From Pseudomonadota bacterium (GTDB taxonomy: Bacteria; UBA10199; 2-02-FULL-44-16; JAAZCA01): DNA of 38,537 bases. The DNA is taken from NCBI GenBank assembly GCA_043798915.1, contig JAZDOG010000057.1, forward strand, positions 1 through 38,537. Direction: 5' to 3'. Both the position numbers and the translations under genes were made by a program. Shown here piece by piece: positions 7,397 through 16,329 of this stretch. Position 1 is the stretch's first letter; each line of letters opens with the position of its first letter. Under the pieces are notes generated by a model. It worked only from the letters and a program-made list of their open reading frames with translations. It had not been told where the DNA came from and did no database searches.

Positions 7397-8467
7397 ATGT
7401 TCAGAAAACTCGAATCGGTCGAAAGGAGATACGAGGAGCTCACACACCTGCTCTCGCAGGCTGAGGTGATCTCTGATCATATCCGTTTCCAGAAGCTCGC
7501 CAGGGAGCGCGCGGGACTGGATGACTTGATCGAGAGCTACCGCCTCTACAAGCGCGCCGAGGTCGAGCTCATAAATAACCGCGAGATCATCGCGAACGAG
7601 TCCGACCAGGAGCTCTGCGACCTGGCGCGCGCGGAGATCCCCTCCCTGGAATCCGAGATTTCAGAGCTCGAGGCGCGGCTCAAGATGCTGCTCTTGCCGA
7701 CGGATCCCAACGACGAAAAAAATATCCTCCTTGAGATTCGCGCCGGCACAGGCGGGGAGGAGGCGGCGCTCTTCGCAGCCGACCTCTTCCGGATGTACAG
7801 CCGCTATGCCGAGTTAAAAAAATGGAAGATCGAGTTACTCGATCAGAATGCCACGGGGCTCGGGGGCTTGAAGGAGCTCATCGCGCTCATCTCCGGCAAA
7901 CGCGTCTACAGCGACCTCAAATACGAGAGCGGCGTGCACCGCGTCCAGCGCGTGCCGACGACCGAGGCCTCCGGGAGGATACACACCTCGGCGGTCACAG
8001 TCGCTGTGCTCCCTGAAGCCGAGGACATCGATATCCATATCGAAGAGAAAGATCTTCGCGTCGACGTCTTCCGCGCATCCGGACCCGGCGGCCAGGGAGT
8101 GAACCGGACCGATTCTGCGGTGAGGCTCACGCATCTTCCGTCGGGGCTCGTCGTTTCCTGCCAGGATGAGCGCAGCCAGCACAAGAACAAGGCGCGCGCG
8201 ATGAAGATACTAATGTCGCGCCTCTTGGACATGGAGCAACAGAAGCAGGACGATGAGCGCACTGCAACCCGCCGCTCGATGGTGGGCTCGGGCGACCGCT
8301 CCGAGAAGGTCAGGACGTACAATTTCCCGCAGAACAGACTCACCGATCACAGGATCGGGCTTTCTCTCTATAATCTTCTGCACGTGCTGGATGGCCATCT
8401 GGACGAGGTTATTGTGCCGCTTCGCACGCACTTTCAAGCCGAGCTGCTGAAAGGTGGGGGTATATGA
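7397..8467 (+). CDS. prfA: Peptide chain release factor 1
   Basis: GGQ motif, PTT (PxT) recognition motif, ESGVHRVQRVP. Confidence 0.97.
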   Translation: MFRKLESVERRYEELTHLLSQAEVISDHIRFQKLARERAGLDDLIESYRLYKRAEVELINNREIIANESDQELCDLARAEIPSLESEISELEARLKMLLLPTDPNDEKNILLEIRAGTGGEEAALFAADLFRMYSRYAELKKWKIELLDQNATGLGGLKELIALISGKRVYSDLKYESGVHRVQRVPTTEASGRIHTSAVTVAVLPEAEDIDIHIEEKDLRVDVFRASGPGGQGVNRTDSAVRLTHLPSGLVVSCQDERSQHKNKARAMKILMSRLLDMEQQKQDDERTATRRSMVGSGDRSEKVRTYNFPQNRLTDHRIGLSLYNLLHVLDGHLDEVIVPLRTHFQAELLKGGGI

Positions 8468-9375
8468 CAAATATCGACCTTATAAACTCCGCGGAACAGA
8501 GGCTTTCGGAAGCGGATGTCGAGTCGGCGAGGCTCGATGCCGAGGTGTTGCTTGCGCACACTTTGGGCGTCCAGCGTGTCGATCTCTACACCGGGAGGAG
8601 AGAAGAACCCGCAGCGGAGGCTGTCGGCCGGTTTCAGGACTGCGTCCGCCGGCGCGCCGAGGGATGCCCTGTCGCCTATATTACAGGAATCAAGGAATTC
8701 TGGTCAATTCCGATCAGGGTGACGCAGGAGGTGTTGATCCCGCGCCCTGAGACTGAGCTCATAGTCGAACGATCGCTTTCAATCTTCACGAGCGACGAGT
8801 TGAAGATCCTCGATCTCTGCACCGGCAGCGGTTGTGTCGCCGCCGCACTGGCCAAGGAATTGCCCGGCGCGCGGTTTGTCGTGACCGACATATCGCAGGC
8901 CGCTCTCGAGATGGCGCGCGTCAATCTCGCGTTTGCCCCCGGGCGCGTCGAATTTTGCCAAGGCGATCTGTTTTCTCCCCTCCTTTGTAAGGAGGGGCAG
9001 GGGGAGGTAGATCCCCGATCTACCCCACCCCGACCCTCCCCTTACAAAGGGGAGGGACCGGTGTTCGACCTCATCACCGCCAATCCCCCCTACATTCCGA
9101 CCGGCCACCGGGATATGCTCTGCCGCGAGATCACCGAGCATGAGCCGGATATCGCGCTATATGGCGGAAAGAGCGGCCTTGATTTTATGGCGAGGATAAT
9201 TGAGGATGCTGCCGCCTTCTTAAAGCCCGGCGGTTGGCTCGTTATGGAGATGGGGCTCGGGCAGGCGGACAAGCTCAAGGCGATGGCGGATGAATGCGGG
9301 GGCTATAGCGACGCGGTGATATCGAAGGATCTGGCGGGGATCGAGCGGGTGATCAGCCTCAAGAAAGAGCAGTGA
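8464..9375 (+). CDS. prmC: Release factor glutamine methyltransferase with an in-frame palindromic insertion
   Basis: VLIPRPETE, DLCTGSG, NPPY; follows prfA. Confidence 0.95.
   Translation: MTNIDLINSAEQRLSEADVESARLDAEVLLAHTLGVQRVDLYTGRREEPAAEAVGRFQDCVRRRAEGCPVAYITGIKEFWSIPIRVTQEVLIPRPETELIVERSLSIFTSDELKILDLCTGSGCVAAALAKELPGARFVVTDISQAALEMARVNLAFAPGRVEFCQGDLFSPLLCKEGQGEVDPRSTPPRPSPYKGEGPVFDLITANPPYIPTGHRDMLCREITEHEPDIALYGGKSGLDFMARIIEDAAAFLKPGGWLVMEMGLGQADKLKAMADECGGYSDAVISKDLAGIERVISLKKEQ
8976..9057. repeat. Inverted doublet of REP-like units translated within prmC
   Basis: Hairpins at 8977-8997, 9006-9024 and 9034-9056; similar to 1806-1842. Confidence 0.8.
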
Positions 9376-9433
9376 AAACACATTGATGAGACCAGGGTTG
9401 CTTCCGAACCGTCGTGACTTTTAATTGTCAAAA

Positions 9434-10321
9434 ATGAAAGCCTGTATGTCAATGAATGTTCCTGCTAAGAAATTGAACTGCGGCTTTGAAATTCCAACTC
9501 TCGGAATGGGAACATGGCTTATGGGAGGCGGGGTTGAACGTGATGTTCAGCATGACGATTCCCGGAGCATAGCTGCGATCCAACAAGCGGTCCGCTGTGG
9601 AATTACCCACATTGACACGTCGGAAATGTACGCAAACGGCCATGCAGAAAAAATTGTCGGTGCAGCGATCAAAAATCTTGACAGATCCAAGTTATTTCTC
9701 TCGTCCAAAGTCTGGATGACTCAATTGAAATACCAAGACGTTATCGCATCAGCACAATCAAGTTTGGAGAGACTTGGTATCGATCATTTGGACCTGTACC
9801 TTGTGCATGCTCCAAATTCCGGGATTCCAATCAAGGGCACGATGGAAGCGCTTGATGCATTGGTCGGAGCAAATTTAGTAAAACATATAGGGGTTTGTAA
9901 TTTTAATCTCGAACGTCTACAAGAAGCCCAACAACACACCAGAAATAAGATTGTCGTCAATCAACTCCATTACAATCTCATGTATCGGGAACCTGAAGCC
10001 AAAGGACTTCTGGAATACTGTCAACGAAATGATGTGATGTTCGTGGCTTGGCGGCCTCTTGAGTTAGGTCTCTTGTTTTCGGTTTGTCATGAAATTCTGG
10101 AATCTCTCTGCGAAAAATATGGCAAAACTCCGGCCCAAGTCATGATCAATTGGCTGATATCGCAAAACAATGTCGTGACGATTTCAAAAATGAGTCAGCT
10201 TGAACATGTCAGGGAGAATATGGGGGCGCTCGGCTGGCAGATGGAATCAGCTGATATCGAGTATCTTCGTCGCGCCTTTCCCAGTCAAAAGATGGTTTCA
10301 AACGTAAGGCCTCTCATATGA
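9434..10321 (+). CDS. Aldo/keto reductase
   Basis: LGMGTW, IDTSEMY, SSKV, DLYLVH, IGVCNF; exact start uncertain. Confidence 0.92.
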   Translation: MKACMSMNVPAKKLNCGFEIPTLGMGTWLMGGGVERDVQHDDSRSIAAIQQAVRCGITHIDTSEMYANGHAEKIVGAAIKNLDRSKLFLSSKVWMTQLKYQDVIASAQSSLERLGIDHLDLYLVHAPNSGIPIKGTMEALDALVGANLVKHIGVCNFNLERLQEAQQHTRNKIVVNQLHYNLMYREPEAKGLLEYCQRNDVMFVAWRPLELGLLFSVCHEILESLCEKYGKTPAQVMINWLISQNNVVTISKMSQLEHVRENMGALGWQMESADIEYLRRAFPSQKMVSNVRPLI

Positions 10322-10341
10322 ACAGCGGGGAATAAAAACGA

Positions 10342-11370
10342 ATGCTACGAATCAGAAAACATACATTCTTAAGATTTTTAATCTTTTTGATATTTTCACT
10401 TTGTTTCGATCTCAGAATGGCATCGGCAACTACAATCACGTTGATTGGAGCCTGCGAGTTTAATGAAAGCTACCTTTATTCCCGGGTGCTCCAGCGTTTT
10501 GCCGAACGCATAAAAGAATACTACAAAGGACAGGTCAATTTTGAATTTCATTGTCGTGATAAAAATAGTTTGGGAAAAGAAGAAGAACTGGCTGTCTTGA
10601 TGAGTCGAGGGCTAATTGACTTCTCAATTATAGCGCCATCGCATGTCCGGAATATTTCAGAACAGGTAACGCTCTTAGATACCCCATTCTTGTTTCAAGA
10701 CAAGGCGCATTGGAACCACGTTATGGAGTCCGACGCATTGCAACCGATCATCGATTCCCTATTATTACGTCAAGGGAACTCTGGCCTCCGTATTTTAGGT
10801 TTTGCTGGTGGCGGAGTCAGAAATATGTTTTTTGTTGCTGATAATGTTACGCCGTCCCTCAAAAAATTACAGGGCATGCGCATCAGGGTTATGGATACTC
10901 CGATTCAGGAGAAGATTTTTGCAGCACTCGGAATGGATCCGAGGCCTATGCCGTACCTTCAACTGTACGATGGTTTAAAAAATGGCCTTATCCCCGCCGC
11001 CGAAAACGAAGCTGCTAGCTATCGAGAAAACAAATATTACGAAGTTGCTCCGTATATGCTGTTGACGAAACATGCTTTTACCATCCGCCCTCTTTTCTTC
11101 AGTGAATCTAGGTTTCAAAAATTGCCAAAAGATTTACAGGTCGCAATTTTGGCAGCGGGGAAAGAAGCCGCAAAATGGGGCAGAGATCAAGAATCCGAGA
11201 TGGATGAGAAAATTCTGAAAGACATGGGAGATCATGGTTTGATTCACATGTCTAATTTTCCAGAAAGGGATAAGCTGATGAAATTAGCCGCTCCCGTGCA
11301 AGAGCAATATGCCAAGAAACTGGGTATCGAAATCGTTCTTGAAAATATCGAAAAATTAAAATCATTTTGA
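10342..11370 (+). CDS. TRAP transporter DctP-family substrate-binding protein (no dctQM in window)
   Basis: Signal peptide-like N-terminus, PFLF, GMRIRVM conserved Arg, AAENE. Confidence 0.88.
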   Translation: MLRIRKHTFLRFLIFLIFSLCFDLRMASATTITLIGACEFNESYLYSRVLQRFAERIKEYYKGQVNFEFHCRDKNSLGKEEELAVLMSRGLIDFSIIAPSHVRNISEQVTLLDTPFLFQDKAHWNHVMESDALQPIIDSLLLRQGNSGLRILGFAGGGVRNMFFVADNVTPSLKKLQGMRIRVMDTPIQEKIFAALGMDPRPMPYLQLYDGLKNGLIPAAENEAASYRENKYYEVAPYMLLTKHAFTIRPLFFSESRFQKLPKDLQVAILAAGKEAAKWGRDQESEMDEKILKDMGDHGLIHMSNFPERDKLMKLAAPVQEQYAKKLGIEIVLENIEKLKSF

Positions 11371-11371
11371 T

Positions 11372-13708
11372 ATGATTAACGGCATTCAAAAGTTTTTTAA
11401 GATTGCAACGGCAAAGAGTCGTAAAATTTTTATGCGCCAAAAAGATGAAGGTTTGAAAGTCTTCGCAACTAGACAATATCCGTGGCAAAAGACGTCGGTA
11501 GCCACAAGGTTGTTCAAAGTTATTTTCGCCTCATATTTTATCGTCACTCTGATAGTAACTCTCCTTCAATTGGGTTTGGAATACTCTCATGTAAAACGGG
11601 ATCTCGTTGAAGATTTACAGAGCTTGGCTGCAACATTTAAACCAGGGATCACAGAAGCGGTGTGGAGTTACAACAATACCGCCTTGAATTCGATTTTATT
11701 CGGGATGATGAAGCTCGATTCAATAGTGGGTGTTAAAATTGCCGATCAGGAGCAAAAAATCATACGAGCAATGGGTGAGGATGGGAAGTCAGCCATGCGG
11801 TCGAGTGGCGACAGCAAGTTTGGGAGCATCAAAAATTTAACTCTTTTCTTTGATAAGGAAATTTACACCTCATCCATCCCTTTGACGTATGTCGATTTCA
11901 AAGGGGACGAACACCGCATAGGATATCTATCGGTGTATTCTGATTCGAAAGTTGTATTCAATAAAGTCAAATACGGTTTTATTCTGATCGTCATAAATTC
12001 CGTCATCAAGACAACGGCATTGTGGATTATTTTCATTTATTTCGTGAATCGAATCGTTTTGCGAAGATTGTTTTCTTTGACAGAGACAGTCAAGATTTAT
12101 GAGAATGTGGATCATGGAAATCAGTATGAAGTTCTCAAGGAAAAATTTAAAGAGATGGGACTTGCCAAGGTGCAAGACGAAATTGGTTTGTTGTCGTGGA
12201 ATTTTAGTGAATTATTCTCGTCTCTGGGTGAAGCTAGAAAAAAACTGATGGAACAAGAAAAATTGGCGGGAATCATGGAGATTTCTTCCCAGGTTGCCCA
12301 CGACATTCGTTCCCCCTTGGCTGCTCTGGATACGGCGGTGAAACAAACGGCGGATATGTCGGAAGAGAACCGGATACTCATCCGCAGTGCCGTGCAGCGC
12401 ATTCGCGATATCGCCAACGATTTGTCGCTTAAAAAAAGAAACGCCGATGTGGCGAAACCGGATTCGAAGTACACAGAAGAATCATCTGTGCAATTATTGT
12501 CAGGCATCATTGACGGCATCGTTTCCGAAAAACGCCTGCAGTACCGTGACCGCATCAGCATCGAAATCGAATCTGATCTCGGTGAATCTTCGTATGGATT
12601 ATTCGCCTCCGTCCAGCTCGTCGAATTCAAACGCGTCCTATCCAATCTAATCAACAATGCTGTCGAAGCTTTGAACGGCAATGGCAAGGTGGAGGTGAAG
12701 CTGTTGGGGGACGAAAATATCGCCATTCAAATCCGTGATTCTGGTAAAGGCATTCCGGCCGAGATTTTGCCAAAACTCATGCGACGCGGCGAAACGCACG
12801 GGAAATCCGGGGGCTCCGGTCTTGGTTTATATCATGCTCGCACTTCCGTTGAAAAATGGGGTGGCGGCATCGAGATTCAATCCGTCATAGGAACAGGCAC
12901 AACGATCGCTGTTACTTTGCCCAAAGCGCAATTTCCGTCGTGGTTCGTAGGAGAGGTGAATGTGCCGGAAAAATGCGCCGTGGTTGTTATCGATGATGAC
13001 GATTCAATCCACCAGATTTGGAAAAGGCGACTCGAAAAAATATGTACCAATTATGGTGTATCTCTTTCCCATTTCGCCTCGCCGGAAGAATTCATAGCGT
13101 GGCAACGAAAAACAACGACGACCGGTCATATTTTGTATCTCTGTGACTACGAATTTTTGAATCACGATAAAACTGGTCTCGACGTGATTCGTGAATTGGG
13201 CATCGCGGGCAATGCAATTCTCGTGACCAGCCATTTCGAAGAAAACGATGTTCGTGTGGAATGTGAAAAGCTCGGTGTGCGCTTGATCCCCAAGAATCTC
13301 GCTGGGTTTGTTCCGATCACGACAAATAATGTGGTTGTGCTCATCGAGCCCCTTCAGGAAATTAAGGCGTCTGCGGGTGAAATTCCGCACCCTCCCGACG
13401 CCATCCTCATCGACGACGACGATCTTGTTCACATAAACTGGAAAATGGCAGCGAAGCGCAAAAACAAAATCGTGCGCGTTTATGCTGGCCCCGATGAGTT
13501 TTGGAAAGAATCGGAGTTGTTTTCCAAAAACACGCCAATCTATGTTGACTCCAATCTTGCTGGCGGGGTCAAAGGTGAAGATATTTCTCGGATGATGGGC
13601 AAGAAAGGGTTTTCAAATCTACATCTTGCAACCGGTTGCGATGCTTCGCAATTCGATGAGATGCCGTGGTTAAAGAGTATTGTCGGAAAGAACCCACCGT
13701 GGGCCTAA
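11372..13708 (+). CDS. Membrane hybrid sensor histidine kinase with two C-terminal receiver-like domains
   Basis: Two TM segments, HAMP-like region, QVAHDIRSPL, NLINNAVEA, DSGKGI, GSGLGL, VVIDDD and ILIDDD receiver starts. Confidence 0.9.
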   Translation: MINGIQKFFKIATAKSRKIFMRQKDEGLKVFATRQYPWQKTSVATRLFKVIFASYFIVTLIVTLLQLGLEYSHVKRDLVEDLQSLAATFKPGITEAVWSYNNTALNSILFGMMKLDSIVGVKIADQEQKIIRAMGEDGKSAMRSSGDSKFGSIKNLTLFFDKEIYTSSIPLTYVDFKGDEHRIGYLSVYSDSKVVFNKVKYGFILIVINSVIKTTALWIIFIYFVNRIVLRRLFSLTETVKIYENVDHGNQYEVLKEKFKEMGLAKVQDEIGLLSWNFSELFSSLGEARKKLMEQEKLAGIMEISSQVAHDIRSPLAALDTAVKQTADMSEENRILIRSAVQRIRDIANDLSLKKRNADVAKPDSKYTEESSVQLLSGIIDGIVSEKRLQYRDRISIEIESDLGESSYGLFASVQLVEFKRVLSNLINNAVEALNGNGKVEVKLLGDENIAIQIRDSGKGIPAEILPKLMRRGETHGKSGGSGLGLYHARTSVEKWGGGIEIQSVIGTGTTIAVTLPKAQFPSWFVGEVNVPEKCAVVVIDDDDSIHQIWKRRLEKICTNYGVSLSHFASPEEFIAWQRKTTTTGHILYLCDYEFLNHDKTGLDVIRELGIAGNAILVTSHFEENDVRVECEKLGVRLIPKNLAGFVPITTNNVVVLIEPLQEIKASAGEIPHPPDAILIDDDDLVHINWKMAAKRKNKIVRVYAGPDEFWKESELFSKNTPIYVDSNLAGGVKGEDISRMMGKKGFSNLHLATGCDASQFDEMPWLKSIVGKNPPWA

Positions 13709-13880
13709 CCGTTGAGGGCAACCAATATCATGAAAAACAATTTTCCTCTCCGGCATGAGCCGCGAACAGGAAGAGCCAAAGACAAAACGAAACGGCGCCG
13801 ATGGCTATCTGTAGCTGCCGATTGACGACAAACAGCTGAAGACGTTTTTGTAGTGAAATTTCACATAGGGTCAAAGGCAC

Positions 13881-15140
13881 ATGGATAAACTCATCATAAA
13901 AGGCGGGAAGCCTCTCCTCGGAGAGGTGACGGTCAGCGGTTCGAAGAACGCCACGCTCCCGATCATGGCCTCGGCCCTGCTCGCTACAGGCGAGCACGTG
14001 ATTCACGGCGCCCCGCATCTCCGCGACGTCCGGACGATGGCAAAGCTTCTGGAGTACATCGGCGCGGATGTCGAATGGAACGACCACATCGTCGTCCGCA
14101 CGAGCCGCTTTGGCGCGATGGAGGCGCCCTACGACCTCGTCAAGACGATGCGCGCCTCGATCCTCGTCCTGGGCCCCCTGGTCGGCCAGTTGAGGCGCGC
14201 GCGCGTGTCGCTGCCGGGCGGCTGTGCGATAGGCGCTCGTCCGATCGACCTGCACCTCAAGGCCCTCGAAGCGATGGGCGCAAAGGTCGAGCTCAACGAC
14301 GGCTATGTGGAGGTCTTCGCGCGCCATCTGCACGGCGCCGACATCACCTTCGACAAGGTCACCGTCACCGGCACTGAGAATATAATGATGGCCGCGGTCC
14401 AGGCCGACGGGACCACCACGCTCTCGAATTCGGCCCGCGAGCCGGAGGTGGCCGATCTCGCGGCGCACCTCTGCGCGATGGGCGCCTGCATCGAAGGCGC
14501 TGGCACCGACCGGATCGTCATCCATGGCGTGGACAAGCTGAAGGCCGTGCCGCACACGATCATCCCGGACAGGATAGAGGCCGGGACGCTCCTCATCGCG
14601 GCCGGCATCACGGGCGGCGAACTCCTCATCAGGAACTTTCCCTCGGTCATGCTCGAGACGCTCGTGGCGAGGCTGAAAGAGACAGGCATGTCGATCGCCG
14701 TCGATGGCGATGCCGTGCGCGCCCGCGGCGCCGGAAGGCTCAAGGGTCAAAACGTCACGACGGCGCCGCACCCGGGGTTTGCGACCGATCTGCAGGCCCA
14801 GTTCATGGCGCTCATGTCGGTGGCCGATGGGACGAGCATCATATCCGAGACGATATTCGAGAACCGCTTCATGCACGTGCCGGAGCTCTCGCGGATGGGC
14901 GCCGAGATAAGCCTCGATGGCGGCACCGCCGTCGTCAAAGGGGTGGCCCGCCTCAAAGGGGCGCCGGTCATGGCGACCGACCTGCGCGCTTCGGCATCGC
15001 TGGTGCTTGCCGGCTTAGCGGCGGAGGGGCAGACGGAGGTCCTGAGGGTCTACCACCTCGACCGCGGCTATGAGCGGATCGAGGAGAAGCTAGCTGCCTG
15101 CGGGGCGGATATCAAGCGCGTCTCGGAAGAGGACAGCTGA
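13881..15140 (+). CDS. murA: UDP-N-acetylglucosamine 1-carboxyvinyltransferase
   Basis: [33 protein letters not shown]. Confidence 0.98.
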   Translation: MDKLIIKGGKPLLGEVTVSGSKNATLPIMASALLATGEHVIHGAPHLRDVRTMAKLLEYIGADVEWNDHIVVRTSRFGAMEAPYDLVKTMRASILVLGPLVGQLRRARVSLPGGCAIGARPIDLHLKALEAMGAKVELNDGYVEVFARHLHGADITFDKVTVTGTENIMMAAVQADGTTTLSNSAREPEVADLAAHLCAMGACIEGAGTDRIVIHGVDKLKAVPHTIIPDRIEAGTLLIAAGITGGELLIRNFPSVMLETLVARLKETGMSIAVDGDAVRARGAGRLKGQNVTTAPHPGFATDLQAQFMALMSVADGTSIISETIFENRFMHVPELSRMGAEISLDGGTAVVKGVARLKGAPVMATDLRASASLVLAGLAAEGQTEVLRVYHLDRGYERIEEKLAACGADIKRVSEEDS

Positions 15141-15157
15141 CAGCCGGTTTTTCCCCG

Positions 15158-15186
15158 TTCACATTCGCCTTTCTCTGTGCTAACAT
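15158..15186 (+). promoter_or_regulatory. Sigma70-type promoter for the HisA-like/HIT/ALDH genes
   Basis: TTCACA-N17-TAACAT with an extended -10 TG. Confidence 0.45.
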
Positions 15187-15210
15187 CCTTCCCCGCGATC
15201 GGGGGTTCGA

Positions 15211-15969
15211 ATGATTCTCATTCCTCAAATTTACCTCAGAAACGGCAAGGTCGTCCTCGTCGATAGGGGCGCGTCGCCGCTCTTTTCAGAAGACCCGCTC
15301 AGGACCGCCGCTGCCATAAAGGATTCGGGCGCAGAGGCCATATACATGATGGATCTCTCCGTCCCACCGGTGGGGGTCAGCCCCAACCTCGCGGTGGCCA
15401 AGAATATCCGCGAGGAGACGGGGCTTTTTCTCTATGTCGCCGGCGCCTTCAAATCGCAGGCGGGGATCGAGAGCTTTGCCTCGATAGGCGCGGATTTTAT
15501 GGTCCTGGGGAGTATCGCCTACCAGCAGCCGGCATTTCTCGCTGAGGTCTCCGGGAAATTCCCTGGCAGGATCGCCACGCACATAGAGGTCAAGGCGGGC
15601 AGGGTCACGATCCCGGGTTACGCGGTCGTCACCAACAAGACTGCCCTCGACTACGCGGAACAGTTCTTGAAGAGCGGGGTCCGCCACATCCTCTATTCCG
15701 ATGTTGGCGCGGACGGCCTCATGTCCGATGAAAACTTAGCCAACATCGTCGCATTCTGCAAACAGGTGACGGCGCGCATCATATGCGCCACGGAGCTCTC
15801 CTCGCTCTCCGACGTGGAGCGCATCGTGAAGCTTGGCGCCCTGAGGCTCGACGGCATAGTCCTCGGACGGGTGCTCCAGGAGGGGCGCATCGATCTGAGG
15901 AGCGCCATATCCATGGTCAATGACTTGAACCTGGCGAGTGCAGACGAATCTACGCTGACGGAAATGTAA
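15211..15969 (+). CDS. HisA-like TIM-barrel protein with degenerate catalytic motifs
   Basis: MILIPQIYLRNGKVV aligns by eye to HisA IPAIDL; YSDVGADG to TDIxxDG; GIVLGRVLQEG to G(A/V)IxGxALYEG. Confidence 0.75.
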   Translation: MILIPQIYLRNGKVVLVDRGASPLFSEDPLRTAAAIKDSGAEAIYMMDLSVPPVGVSPNLAVAKNIREETGLFLYVAGAFKSQAGIESFASIGADFMVLGSIAYQQPAFLAEVSGKFPGRIATHIEVKAGRVTIPGYAVVTNKTALDYAEQFLKSGVRHILYSDVGADGLMSDENLANIVAFCKQVTARIICATELSSLSDVERIVKLGALRLDGIVLGRVLQEGRIDLRSAISMVNDLNLASADESTLTEM

Positions 15970-15979
15970 TGGAGGCCCT

Positions 15980-16324
15980 ATGGCTGACGAGTGCATATTC
16001 TGCAGGATAGTGAAGGGCGAAATACCGGCCGAAAAGGTCCACGAGGACGAGGATGTCGTCGTTTTTAAAGACATACACCCGGCAGCGCCGGTCCATCTGC
16101 TCATCGTCCCGCGCGTGCATATACCGACGCTCAACGACGTGACCGCCGACCAATTCCCCCTGCTCGGGAAACTCCTCGTCACCGCGCGTGACGTCGCAAA
16201 AAAGGCTGGCATCGCCGAGAGCGGATACCGGACGATCATCAACTGCAACCGCGGCGCCGGGCAGGAGGTCTTTCATCTGCATGTGCATGTCCTGGGAGGG
16301 CGTCCCGTCGGCGCCATGGGATAA
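15980..16324 (+). CDS. hinT: Histidine triad (HIT) nucleotide-binding protein
   Basis: CIFCRI, DIHPAAPVH, GQEVFHLHVHVLGG. Confidence 0.93.
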   Translation: MADECIFCRIVKGEIPAEKVHEDEDVVVFKDIHPAAPVHLLIVPRVHIPTLNDVTADQFPLLGKLLVTARDVAKKAGIAESGYRTIINCNRGAGQEVFHLHVHVLGGRPVGAMG

Positions 16325-16329
16325 AAAAC

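Noticed and set aside
9371..13870. att-like direct repeats bounding the AT-rich island (AGTGAAA..CACAT)
   Set aside because: The match is short and gapped, and there is no integrase or tRNA nearby.
13728..14876. Long antisense or alternate-frame ORFs (also 23940-24947, 25162-26472, 37268-37942)
   Set aside because: They are shadows of well-supported GC-rich genes on the other strand and carry no motifs of their own.
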